Shown piece by piece: positions 26,845 to 35,294 of a DNA stretch of 44,578 nt. The notes below the pieces were generated by a model. The model worked only from the letters and a program-made list of their open reading frames with translations. It was not told the origin of the DNA and did no database searches. Position numbers and translations under genes: made by a program. The DNA comes from an uncultured Candidatus Saccharibacteria bacterium (GTDB taxonomy: Bacteria; Patescibacteriota; Minisyncoccia; UBA6257; GWB1-50-10), in contig CAYYYM010000001.1 of the NCBI GenBank assembly GCA_964476325.1, positions 1-44,578 on the forward strand, in the 5' to 3' direction. The first letter of the stretch is position 1. Each line of letters opens with the position of its first letter.

Positions 26845-27283
26845 CGACTTTCACCTTCTTGCCCTTCTTCTTCGATTTGAGGAGCGGCATCCGAATCGTG
26901 AGAATGCCGTTTTCAAAGCTTGCCTTGGACGCGTCGGGGTCGATTTCTTCGGGGAGAATCACCATCCGCGAGAACGTGCCCCAGAAGCACTCCTGATAGT
27001 AGTAGTCCCGGTCGCTCACCGATTTCGAGCGTTCCCGTTCCCCCCGTATCTCGACGGCGTCGCGCTTGATATTCACGTCCAGGTCCGTGTCCGGGTCGAT
27101 GCCCGCGATGGCCGACTCTATCACGATGTCGTCACCGTCGCGATACACGTCGACGGTGAGCTGGCCGTCGCCCGTTATCTTGTCGTCCTCCTTCTTCTCC
27201 GCGCCATCCGCGTCCTTCGCTTTCGAGAGCTCCTTGAAAATATCTCCGCCCCGGTCCGTATGTTTTTCCTTTCTCCTCAACAT
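26834..27283 (-). CDS. Hsp20/alpha-crystallin family small heat-shock protein
   Basis: Start at MLRRKEKHTD; LTVDVYRDGDDIVIESAIAGI and ASFENGILTIRMP. The 3' end overlaps convergent tsaD by 11 nt. Confidence 0.85.
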   Translation of the reverse strand: MLRRKEKHTDRGGDIFKELSKAKDADGAEKKEDDKITGDGQLTVDVYRDGDDIVIESAIAGIDPDTDLDVNIKRDAVEIRGERERSKSVSDRDYYYQECFWGTFSRMVILPEEIDPDASKASFENGILTIRMPLLKSKKKGKKVKVATN

Positions 27284-27289
27284 ATGAAT

Positions 27290-27298
27290 AGTATACCA
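27290..27298 (-). promoter_or_regulatory. extended -10 box TGGTATACT, 6 nt before the hsp20 ATG (leaderless-type)
   Basis: The minus strand reads AGTATGGTATACTATTCATATG. Confidence 0.45.
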
Positions 27299-27375
27299 TA
27301 CTTGCCATGGCGCGGGCGCGGTGATAGGGTATCGGCAGCTCATGAGAGTTACATAAATCTGAAAAGGAGGCAGTT

Positions 27376-28332
27376 ATGACTGTAGAAAACGAAGTGCCGG
27401 TCGTACGGTACAAGCCGTATGAAAAACGGACGCCGGATGTGCAATACCGCGAGTTGCTTACGCGGCTCAAACTCCATCCTCTGATTGTCGGTAGGAGCCC
27501 CCAGGGCGTTACTACCCGGACAGTCATTGGTCACACGATGCGTTTCGACCTTGGAAACGGCTTTCCACTCATCGTCGAGCGTGATCTCGCAGGTGGGACC
27601 CGTTCCGTCTTCAGACAGGCGCTCGGGGAAATCTGCGCGTTCTTGAACGGTGCCGATACCCAGGAAAAGCTTGAACAATTCGGATGTAATTGGTGGAAAT
27701 CATGGACAACCTCGGAGTATCTGGAGCACTGTCATCTCCCGCTCAAACCGGGAGAACTCGGACCCGGTTCGTACGGTCCGGCGCTCCGTCGGTTCCCGAC
27801 CGCAGACGGCGGCACGTTTGACCAGATACAAAACTATCTTATCGAACAAATTGACGAATTGCCGTATCTGCGGACGCATCATGTCACCACATGGATCCCG
27901 CAGTACAACGTGCGAGGCGAGGGGAAACAGCGACAGGTTGCCGTTGCGCCATGTCACGGCGATGTGTACCTAACAATTGACGAACAGCGCCGCGAACTCT
28001 GGCTTACGCATGTCCAGCGAAGCGCCGACGTCCCGGTCGGGCTTGTGGCGAACCTTATTCAGTATGGAGCACTCGCCCTGATGCTCGCGCAGATTCATCG
28101 CCTTACCGCGCGCGGACTGGCATACTTCATCGTGAACGCGCATCTCTACGACGGCGAGGAGGAAAGCCAACTTCCGCAGGTGAACGAGATGCTGACGACA
28201 ACGCCGGTTCCATTACCGACCGTGATGCTCGACCCGACCGTCGACAATCTCTTTGATTTCCGGGCCGAACATTTCACCGTCGAGGATTATCATCCGCAAC
28301 TCGGGAGGACGCGCATATGGACACCCGTGTGA
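27376..28332 (+). CDS. thyA: thymidylate synthase (ThyA family), divergent and longer than usual
   Basis: SD AGGAGG lies 5 nt upstream. Motifs GHTMRFDLGNGFPL, GPGSYGPALRRF, DQIQNYL, VAPCHG (catalytic Cys), VQRSADVPVGLVANL, NAHLYD. The RR pair reads RT, and there are several insertions. Confidence 0.75.
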   Translation: MTVENEVPVVRYKPYEKRTPDVQYRELLTRLKLHPLIVGRSPQGVTTRTVIGHTMRFDLGNGFPLIVERDLAGGTRSVFRQALGEICAFLNGADTQEKLEQFGCNWWKSWTTSEYLEHCHLPLKPGELGPGSYGPALRRFPTADGGTFDQIQNYLIEQIDELPYLRTHHVTTWIPQYNVRGEGKQRQVAVAPCHGDVYLTIDEQRRELWLTHVQRSADVPVGLVANLIQYGALALMLAQIHRLTARGLAYFIVNAHLYDGEEESQLPQVNEMLTTTPVPLPTVMLDPTVDNLFDFRAEHFTVEDYHPQLGRTRIWTPV

Positions 28333-28793
28333 CGCAGGTAAATCTCGGGAACGCCCGCACAGGCGACCAGCGCGAAGCGATGGAGCGAATTCGGATGCGC
28401 AATGAGTGTCCCTTCTGCTGGGAAAATCTGCAGAAGGAGCATCGGCAGCCCATTTTGTACCAGGGACCCCATTGGCTCGTCACACCGAACCAATGGCCGT
28501 ATCCGGAAGCCGAGATGCACCTTCTCATCATCTCGCGAGAACATGTGGAGGATCCTTTCTCGCTTCCTCTGCATGCCTTTTCTGACCTCCGTTCCGTCTT
28601 GCGGTGGATGCGCCGGGAACTCGGTCTCGAGGGCGGCGGGTTATGCGTTCGCTTCGGCGACTTCTGCTACAACGGCGCGACCGTTCGCCATCTGCACTGG
28701 CATCTCCTCGTGCCGCGAAAACCGGACGAAGCAGGATATGAGCCGATACGTTTCTTTATCGGCGGACAAACAAAGAAGCCCCCACCTCCTTGA
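28317..28793 (+). CDS. HIT-family nucleotide hydrolase/transferase
   Basis: SD GGGAGGA lies 7 nt upstream. CPFC near the N-terminus and the histidine triad VRHLHWHLL. Overlaps the thyA-like 3' end by 16 nt. Confidence 0.8.
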   Translation: MDTRVTQVNLGNARTGDQREAMERIRMRNECPFCWENLQKEHRQPILYQGPHWLVTPNQWPYPEAEMHLLIISREHVEDPFSLPLHAFSDLRSVLRWMRRELGLEGGGLCVRFGDFCYNGATVRHLHWHLLVPRKPDEAGYEPIRFFIGGQTKKPPPP

Positions 28794-28812
28794 GAGGTTG
28801 GGGCTTTTCTTA
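28778..28812. terminator. bidirectional intrinsic terminator between convergent gene pairs
   Basis: GCCCCCACCTC / GAGGTTGGGGC (10 of 11 paired). The loop contains the HIT stop codon. T-rich runs follow on both strands (TTTTCTT plus; TTCTTTGTTTG minus). Confidence 0.55.
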
Positions 28813-29673
28813 TTCCACGCGGACGATTTCCATATGGGCGCTCCGAAGAACCTCAAGTGCGTCCAGTCTGCTGTATCCGGTCGTGAAATACAACCGTTTG
28901 ATGCCGCTTCGCGCGAGAAGTCGCGCGCAGGGAGGACAGGGAAACGTCGTAACGAAGAGTTCCGCTCCCTCGAGCGATGTTCCTTGTCTCGCCATCGCGG
29001 CGATGAGTGCCGCCTCCGCGTGTTCCGCTGTGCAGAGTTCGATATGCTCACCGGCATCGAAACTCGCGCGCGGGTCTCCGAAGATGTACGGCGCCTCACT
29101 GTTCGGAAAATGTTCATTGTGCGCAATGGCGAGTAACGTGCCGTCGCGCACGATAGCGGCGCCGATGTGTCGCCACCAATCCGAACTTCTTTCCGCTTCC
29201 GTTTCCGCAATGTTCATCATGCGCGCGACGAGCCCTCTTCTCGGCACGACGCGGTCGGCCGGAACATCCCGTTCCAGAACGGCGCGGCTCTTGTCCCATC
29301 TGAGAAACACCGTGTCCCGCGTGACCTCCACGCCGTACGGAACGAGATATTTCTCCGCAACGAGACGTGAGATGTCTTCGTCGGGCATCACGGCTTCCGT
29401 CAGACCGGTTTTCACGAGGTATTCCAGTGCACCGGCGTTCACGAACGAGATGTCACGCTCGGGTACTTCGCCGCGCCGGAAACAGTGTATGCCGGTAAGT
29501 GCCGCAAGTGTATCCCCCGGCGCAAGCGCCCGCAGGTCGCGCTCGAGGTGTAGCTCGCCGAACTCTTCGAGTAGTGAACGCTCCAGGATGTAGAGTGGGA
29601 CGCCCGGATACCGGTTGAGGAAGTTGAGATACCCTTGGTGCAGGGCGGGGATGTAGGCGATAATCGCTTTCAT
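28810..29673 (-). CDS. fusion: uncharacterised N-terminal domain + dCMP/CMP-type zinc deaminase
   Basis: Start at MKAIIAYIPALHQGY (SD GGAGGA 5 nt upstream, ATGA overlap with the upstream stop). The C-terminal half has CTAEHAEAALI and TFPCPPCARLL. The ORF-track start at 29973 is an extension into the upstream gene. Confidence 0.78.
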   Translation of the reverse strand: MKAIIAYIPALHQGYLNFLNRYPGVPLYILERSLLEEFGELHLERDLRALAPGDTLAALTGIHCFRRGEVPERDISFVNAGALEYLVKTGLTEAVMPDEDISRLVAEKYLVPYGVEVTRDTVFLRWDKSRAVLERDVPADRVVPRRGLVARMMNIAETEAERSSDWWRHIGAAIVRDGTLLAIAHNEHFPNSEAPYIFGDPRASFDAGEHIELCTAEHAEAALIAAMARQGTSLEGAELFVTTFPCPPCARLLARSGIKRLYFTTGYSRLDALEVLRSAHMEIVRVE

Positions 29674-30335
29674 ACCGCTCCTCCCTCCCGTTTCACGTTC
29701 TCGAAGCACATCGCGAAACCCTGGAGTTCTTGCTGCGTTTTCTCGATGAGCGGGAGGATGATTTTTATCATGTGGTCGTACCTTCTGCTCAGATCTTCCG
29801 CGACCGAGACCATCGCGAGCCGGAGTTTCGCGCTCGTCGACGTCGTTGCCTGCGATTCCATCTCGATGACGTGCCCGCAGAGTTCCTCGTACTTTTCCCG
29901 CCGCTCCGGCGGGACGTTGACCCGCTTGGAGATGATGAGCACATCGGGTCTCACCGCCTCCATCAGGTTCCATTGCGCGATTTCCTCACGCGCAAGTGTC
30001 ACGAGGTCGACGGTTTCCATGGCGCACATCATCTCGGCCCGCTCAAGCTCGGGTACGAGCGGTCTTCCTTCTCCTTTGCGCCTTTTGACTGATTCGTCGG
30101 TGTCAATGCCGACGACCATGACGACGTTCGGATTCTCGAGAAGCTCCGCGGTCCTGCGTCGCGCCTGGTCGAGGTACCGATGGTGACCGATGTGAAGCCA
30201 GTCGAACGTTCCCGATGTCAGGACGACACAATAGCCGAGTTCCCGATATGCCCGAACTTTTCGCGCGAGCGTTTCGTCGTCTTCCACGAACTTCTTCCCG
30301 AACGCGGCGCTCGTTTCCAATACTGCTTCATCCAT
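29670..30335 (-). CDS. cytidylyl/adenylyltransferase-family protein, RfaE-domain-II/HldC-like, with a C-terminal extension of about 70 aa
   Basis: LTSGTFDWLHIGHHRYL (HxGH), VVGIDTDESVKRRKGEGRPLVPELERAEMM, VRPDVLIISK. SD AAGGAG is upstream. Confidence 0.75.
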   Translation of the reverse strand: MDEAVLETSAAFGKKFVEDDETLARKVRAYRELGYCVVLTSGTFDWLHIGHHRYLDQARRRTAELLENPNVVMVVGIDTDESVKRRKGEGRPLVPELERAEMMCAMETVDLVTLAREEIAQWNLMEAVRPDVLIISKRVNVPPERREKYEELCGHVIEMESQATTSTSAKLRLAMVSVAEDLSRRYDHMIKIILPLIEKTQQELQGFAMCFENVKREGGAV

Positions 30336-30382
30336 TACCTTCTCCTTTTTCCCCGCGTCCGACAGAGGGCGTTTGGGGGATG

Positions 30383-30419
30383 AAAAAAATCTACCCCCAC
30401 TCTACTCGCGGGGTGGGGG
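30383..30419 (-). terminator. intrinsic terminator after the NYN gene
   Basis: On the minus strand: CCCCCAC, 12-nt loop, GTGGGGG, then TAGATTTTTTT. Confidence 0.6.
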
Positions 30420-30441
30420 AGGGTCAAGCATGCGGACGCGG

Positions 30442-30960
30442 TCAGGATTTCCGCTTCGGAATCGCCATGAGGAGCTTCCGCTCCTTGTCGAGGTCGGTGA
30501 AGGTGTCGGTCGCTTCGATGAGTTTCGCCGACGTGGTCTTGCCGAAGGCGCACACTTCCACTTGTTTGCCCATGCCCCAGCGGAGATACTCGACGAGCGG
30601 GACGAAATCGCCGTCGCCCGTGATGAGTATCACGACGTCGAGGAGGGGGGTCATACGAATCGCGTCAACCGCGAGACCGACATCCCAGTCCGCCTTCTTC
30701 GCGCCGCTCGCGTACACCTGCAAATCCTTCACGCGGAGTTCCATCCCCGCTTTCTGGAGGGCGTCGAAGAACGACTGCTCGCCCGGAACGACATCGCTCT
30801 TTACTACATACGCGACCGCACGGATGAGCGTGCGGTCCTTGACGACTTCCTTGATAAGTTTTTCGAAGTTAACCCGGGAGCTGTAGAGATGCTTCGCAGA
30901 ATGGTAGATATTCTGCACGTCGAAGAATATGCCGACGCGTTGTGAAGGGGTTTCTATCAT
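30442..30960 (-). CDS. NYN-domain (LabA-like, PIN-related) protein
   Basis: [40 protein letters not shown]. The ATG overlaps the rpsO stop (ATGA). Confidence 0.8.
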   Translation of the reverse strand: MIETPSQRVGIFFDVQNIYHSAKHLYSSRVNFEKLIKEVVKDRTLIRAVAYVVKSDVVPGEQSFFDALQKAGMELRVKDLQVYASGAKKADWDVGLAVDAIRMTPLLDVVILITGDGDFVPLVEYLRWGMGKQVEVCAFGKTTSAKLIEATDTFTDLDKERKLLMAIPKRKS

Positions 30961-31181
30961 GCTGAACGCTCAAGATAGCGCTTCAAGCGGCGCCGCTTGC
31001 CGATCATAAGGAGTAGTCCCCGGCGGGAGTGGCGGTCTTTCGGGTGCAGCTTCAGGTGCTCGGCGAGCGTGTCGATGCGCTTATCCAAGAGTCCCACCTG
31101 CACCTCGACGGAACCGGTGTCCCGGTCGTGTGTGCGGCTTTCCTTGATGGCCTGTTCCTTTTCGTCTTTTGACAACGACAT
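30957..31181 (-). CDS. rpsO: 30S ribosomal protein S15, C-terminally short (74 aa)
   Basis: [44 protein letters not shown], then a stop. The usual terminal 15 or so residues are absent. Confidence 0.85.
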   Translation of the reverse strand: MSLSKDEKEQAIKESRTHDRDTGSVEVQVGLLDKRIDTLAEHLKLHPKDRHSRRGLLLMIGKRRRLKRYLERSA

Positions 31182-31210
31182 TTATATACCATACTATAGG
31201 CAGGACACTT

Positions 31211-33244
31211 ATGCAAGATTTGCACCGGAAGCTTTTTGAAACCGACATCGCGGGCGCGAAGGTCACGCTTGAGGTTTCCGACCTCGCCAAGCAGGCGAAC
31301 GGCGCCGTCCTCGGCACGTATGGGGAGACGGTCGTCCTCGCGACTGTCGTCCAGAGCCGGGAGCGGGCGGAGAAGGACTTCTTCCCGCTCACCGTCGACT
31401 ATGAAGAGCGCTTTTACGCCATCGGCAAGATTTTGGGCAGCCGGTACGTGCGGCGGGAAGGCAGGCCGTCTCCCGAGGCGACGCTCTCGGCGCGGCGCAT
31501 CGACCGGATCATCCGGCCGCTTTTCGACCAGAGTTTCCGCTATGAGGTGCACGTCGTCGTGACGGTCCTCGCCTATGACGGCGAGCACGACCCGAACACC
31601 ATCGCGCTCATCGCGACAAGCGCCGCGCTCGGCATTTCCGACATTCCATGGAACGGTCCCGTCGGCTGCTTCGAGCGCGTCTCCGCCGACGAGGGGGGAG
31701 CGGAGCGGCGCCTCTCCTTCGCCGGACCGAAGGGGCTCGTCAACATGATTGAGTTCGAGGGACGGGAGGTTCCCGAGGAAGAGCTTATCGGGTACTTCGA
31801 GGAAGCGCAGCGGGAAATCGACCGGCTCGCGACATTTCAGGAAACCATCATCGGGAAGGCGGGGAAGGAGAAGCGGACCTTCGAGCGCACGGAGCTCGAC
31901 GAAGAAACGAAGCAGATTGTCACGGACACGCTTTCTTTCATCGACGACCCCGACGCGGCCGTTCTTCACCTCATTACCGCGCTCCGGGAGAAGGAGAAGC
32001 CAGCGGAGGTTATTGACGCCGCGCTGACGGCATTTGAAGACGAAGCGGCGCACTCGCTCGCCACACTGGCGCTCACGGAGGGGAAGCGCGCTGACGGGCG
32101 GCAGATGGACGAGGTGCGGGAGCTCTACGCCGAGACGGGACTCCTCGCGCGCACGCACGGTTCCGCGGTCTTCGCGCGCGGGGATACGCACGTACTCTCC
32201 GTGACGACGCTCGCCCCGATTTCCGACGCGCTCATCACCGAAAGCATCGAGCATATCGGGAAGCAGCGGTTCCTGCTCCACTACAATTTCCCCAGTTTTT
32301 CCACAGGCGAAGTCGGGAGGGGGCGCAGCACGAGCCGACGGGAAATCGGGCATGGTAATTTGGCCTGGAGTGCACTCCATCCGCTCATCCCGGCATTCGA
32401 GGAGTTCCCCTACACCATCCGCGCCGTTGCCGAGACGCTCTCTTCGAACGGCTCTTCATCTATGGCGACAGTCTGCGCCACGTCGCTTTCCCTCATGGAT
32501 GCCGGCGTGCCGCTCCCGGAGCACGTCGCCGGCATCGCGATGGGCTTCCTCGAGGACCGGAAGAGCGGGAAGCGGGTCATTCTCACAGACATCCAGGGCC
32601 CCGAAGACCACTACGGCTTTATGGACCTGAAGGTGGCGGGCACCACGCGCGGCATCACCGCCATCCAGATGGACACGAAGGTCCCGGGTATCGACCGGGA
32701 ACTCTTCGCCGCGGCGCTCCCGCGGGCCCGCGCGGCGCGCCTCACTATCCTGGAGCTTCTCACGCGCACGCTCCCGCAGCACCGTCCCGAGCTCTCCCCC
32801 TACGCACCCATCATTATGATGACCTCCGTCCCGCAGGACCGCATCGGCGAAATCATCGGCCCCGGCGGGCGCACCATCAACCGCATCGGAGAGGAAGCCG
32901 GCAACGACACGCGGGTTGATATCGAGGAAGACGGCACCGTCTCCGTCTCCGGCATGAACCGCGCCTCGGTACAGAAAGCAATCGACACCGTCACGTCGAT
33001 GGTCCGCGAGTACCAGGTGGGAGACGTCGTCGAGGGAACCGTCGTGCGCCTCCTGGACTTCGGCGCCATCGTCGACCTCGGCGGCAACCAGTCCGGCATG
33101 ATTCACGTTTCGGAGATGGCCGATACGTACGTGGAACACGTTTCTGATATACTAAAAGAGGGGGATCATGTTCGCGCAAAAGTCATAAAGGTCGACCGCG
33201 ACAATGATAAAATAGGACTGTCACTAAAAAACGTACCGAACTAA
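31211..33244 (+). CDS. pnp: polyribonucleotide nucleotidyltransferase (PNPase)
   Basis: Start at MQDLHRKLFETDIAG. Two RNase PH domains, KH (IIGPGGRTINRI) and S1 (GDVVEGTVVRLLDFGAIVDL). Confidence 0.95.
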   Translation: MQDLHRKLFETDIAGAKVTLEVSDLAKQANGAVLGTYGETVVLATVVQSRERAEKDFFPLTVDYEERFYAIGKILGSRYVRREGRPSPEATLSARRIDRIIRPLFDQSFRYEVHVVVTVLAYDGEHDPNTIALIATSAALGISDIPWNGPVGCFERVSADEGGAERRLSFAGPKGLVNMIEFEGREVPEEELIGYFEEAQREIDRLATFQETIIGKAGKEKRTFERTELDEETKQIVTDTLSFIDDPDAAVLHLITALREKEKPAEVIDAALTAFEDEAAHSLATLALTEGKRADGRQMDEVRELYAETGLLARTHGSAVFARGDTHVLSVTTLAPISDALITESIEHIGKQRFLLHYNFPSFSTGEVGRGRSTSRREIGHGNLAWSALHPLIPAFEEFPYTIRAVAETLSSNGSSSMATVCATSLSLMDAGVPLPEHVAGIAMGFLEDRKSGKRVILTDIQGPEDHYGFMDLKVAGTTRGITAIQMDTKVPGIDRELFAAALPRARAARLTILELLTRTLPQHRPELSPYAPIIMMTSVPQDRIGEIIGPGGRTINRIGEEAGNDTRVDIEEDGTVSVSGMNRASVQKAIDTVTSMVREYQVGDVVEGTVVRLLDFGAIVDLGGNQSGMIHVSEMADTYVEHVSDILKEGDHVRAKVIKVDRDNDKIGLSLKNVPN

Positions 33245-34398
33245 TGGATGACCAGAAACTGAATGACCTTGGCGTGCGAACCATGGAGTCGGACAAGAAC
33301 TCCATCACCGAGCAGGGCGGCGGCGCGCCGAAGCCCTACACACCTTCGATGAACGCATCCCAGCCGGAACCGGAACGGACGGCGCCGGAAGGAGAGAACG
33401 TACCGGCAGACCTCGGGCGCGTCCCGTCAAGCATGCCGGTCGCCGCACCGGGACCTTCCGTCAATCCGCCGTCGGACGGGTATATGCCGCCCACGGGCGG
33501 CAGCACGCCGACTTCCCTCGGAGGCAGCCCCAAGCAGCCGGTTCCGCCGGAAGACCTGAACGGCATGCCGAAGAAGAAAAGTATGTTCCCGGTACTCGTC
33601 GGACTCATCGCCGTTCTCGTCATTGGCGCTGTCGTGTATTTCTTCATTATTCCCGCACTCTCGGGCGGCGAGACGGAAACGCCCGCCGTTTCGGAAAGCT
33701 TACCGCAGGAATCTGATACCCAGCAGCCGGGAGGTGAACCGACGATACCGGCCGGCGCATCCGACGCACTCGTCCCGCCTGCCGAAACGACCGAGGTTCC
33801 CACCTCGACCGAGCCGGAGGCCCCGGCGGAAACGCCCGCCGCGCCTTCGCACCTTTCCCTGTTTGGCACACCGCCTGACAGCACGCAGGACGTCGTCATC
33901 ACCGGCGCGGAACAGCCAGCGGGGCTCCTGCAGCGGCTCATGCTCGCTGAAACGCAGGTACCGCTCTTCCGGGAAATCGTGCTGATGGACGACAACGGGA
34001 ATTTTGTTCCGTTTGCGAGCATCGCGACGCGCTTCGCGCCGAACGTCTTTACGACCGAAGTCGGCGATTATTTCCAGCCGGACGCCACGTATTACACATA
34101 CACGGATGATAGCGGCACGTGGTTCGGCCTCGCGGCGCAGCTGAAGTCGGACGTCGACCTGCAAACCGCGAAATCGGCGGTTGCGGCGTTTGAATCGCAG
34201 CTCGCCGACATCAAGCGGTTCTTCTCCGCCGACGTCGGAGACCCCAGCGCGTGGAAGGACGGCGGCGCAGGCAGCGTCACCGGCAGGTACGTCACGTTCG
34301 GCGAAACGAACGCGGCGTTCAACTACGGCTGGTCGGGGAGGACGCTCCTCATCGCCACGTCGTACAATGCGTACAAGGGAGCGGCGAACAGGCTGTAA
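33244..34398 (+). CDS. hypothetical single-pass membrane protein, Pro-rich N-terminus, extracytoplasmic C-domain
   Basis: TAATG overlap with pnp. TM helix MFPVLVGLIAVLVIGAVVYFFIIPAL. No recognised motif. Confidence 0.6.
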   Translation: MDDQKLNDLGVRTMESDKNSITEQGGGAPKPYTPSMNASQPEPERTAPEGENVPADLGRVPSSMPVAAPGPSVNPPSDGYMPPTGGSTPTSLGGSPKQPVPPEDLNGMPKKKSMFPVLVGLIAVLVIGAVVYFFIIPALSGGETETPAVSESLPQESDTQQPGGEPTIPAGASDALVPPAETTEVPTSTEPEAPAETPAAPSHLSLFGTPPDSTQDVVITGAEQPAGLLQRLMLAETQVPLFREIVLMDDNGNFVPFASIATRFAPNVFTTEVGDYFQPDATYYTYTDDSGTWFGLAAQLKSDVDLQTAKSAVAAFESQLADIKRFFSADVGDPSAWKDGGAGSVTGRYVTFGETNAAFNYGWSGRTLLIATSYNAYKGAANRL

Positions 34399-34404
34399 CG
34401 AACC

Positions 34405-34731
34405 ATGGTGATACCGGTCTTATTCGCATTCCAGGACACGGCGCTTCTCATCGCGCGTCTTGCGCTTGCCGCCGTGTTCCTGGGGCGCCTCGAGCGGGGA
34501 AATGCGAAACGCATCGCGCTCTTCGCGGTGCGGGGACTTGTCCTCGTCCCCGTCGTCGTGGGCATCGGCGTACAGGCCGCATCGCTTTTTATCTTCGTCT
34601 GGAGCGCGGTGACGCTTATCATCCGCATCGTCAGGCGCGGCGACGGGTGGCAGGAAGCGCTCCTGCTCCTCGCGCTCGCCGGCATACTCATGACGAGCGG
34701 TGGCGGGCGCATCGCACTCGGTGAATGGTAG
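34405..34731 (+). CDS. small DoxX-like membrane protein
   Basis: 108 aa, 3-4 hydrophobic helices. LIARLALAAVFLGRLERG and the C-terminal SGGGRIALGEW resemble DoxX family signatures. Confidence 0.5.
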   Translation: MVIPVLFAFQDTALLIARLALAAVFLGRLERGNAKRIALFAVRGLVLVPVVVGIGVQAASLFIFVWSAVTLIIRIVRRGDGWQEALLLLALAGILMTSGGGRIALGEW

Positions 34732-35294
34732 AGTTCGTCACAGACGCCATTGTTCTCGGCAAGCGAATCTCGGGCGAACGGGATTCGCTTGTTTCGCTCT
34801 TCACGCCCCGCGACGGCGTCGTTCCGACGCTCGTCGCCGCCGGGACGAATATCACGTCCAAACTCACGCCGTACCTCAACACGCTCTCCTACGTCACCGC
34901 GCGCATCGTCGGGAAGAATAACTACCGGCTCGCAGGAGTCATGGAGGCGCGCGAAAGCTGCCGGACGGAGCAGCCGTCGCTTCCCGAGCTTCTCCGCGCG
35001 GCGCATCTCATGCGGGAACTGCTGCCACCCTTCGTCCCCGAGCCGGCGCTGTGGGACTTTTTCCGCGGCGCGGTTCTCGGCGGCGATTCCCGTCCGGCGA
35101 CGGACCCGACCGGCGAAGTGCTGCGGCGGCTCGGCTACGACCCGCAGTTCGCGAGCTGCTGCATCTGCGGTGCGCCGGCGAGCGTCTTTGCAGCCGACGA
35201 CGCAACGTTTTATTGTAATATACATGGCAAAACGCACGCACGCGAAACAACCTCATATCCTTTCCGTTCTGACTCGGGTCATCATCGGCCTTAG
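34725..35294 (+). CDS. recO: DNA repair protein RecO (short form)
   Basis: N-terminal OB-like DAIVLGKRISGERDSLVSLFTPRDGVV and a Cys-rich CCICGAP...FYCNIHG. The 3' end overlaps the next gene by 71 nt. Confidence 0.65.
   Translation: MVEFVTDAIVLGKRISGERDSLVSLFTPRDGVVPTLVAAGTNITSKLTPYLNTLSYVTARIVGKNNYRLAGVMEARESCRTEQPSLPELLRAAHLMRELLPPFVPEPALWDFFRGAVLGGDSRPATDPTGEVLRRLGYDPQFASCCICGAPASVFAADDATFYCNIHGKTHARETTSYPFRSDSGHHRP

Noticed and set aside
30950-30965. Readthrough or frameshift that could restore a full-length S15.
   Set aside because: The TGA is followed immediately by TAG in frame. Neither alternative frame encodes anything resembling the S15 C-terminal helix.
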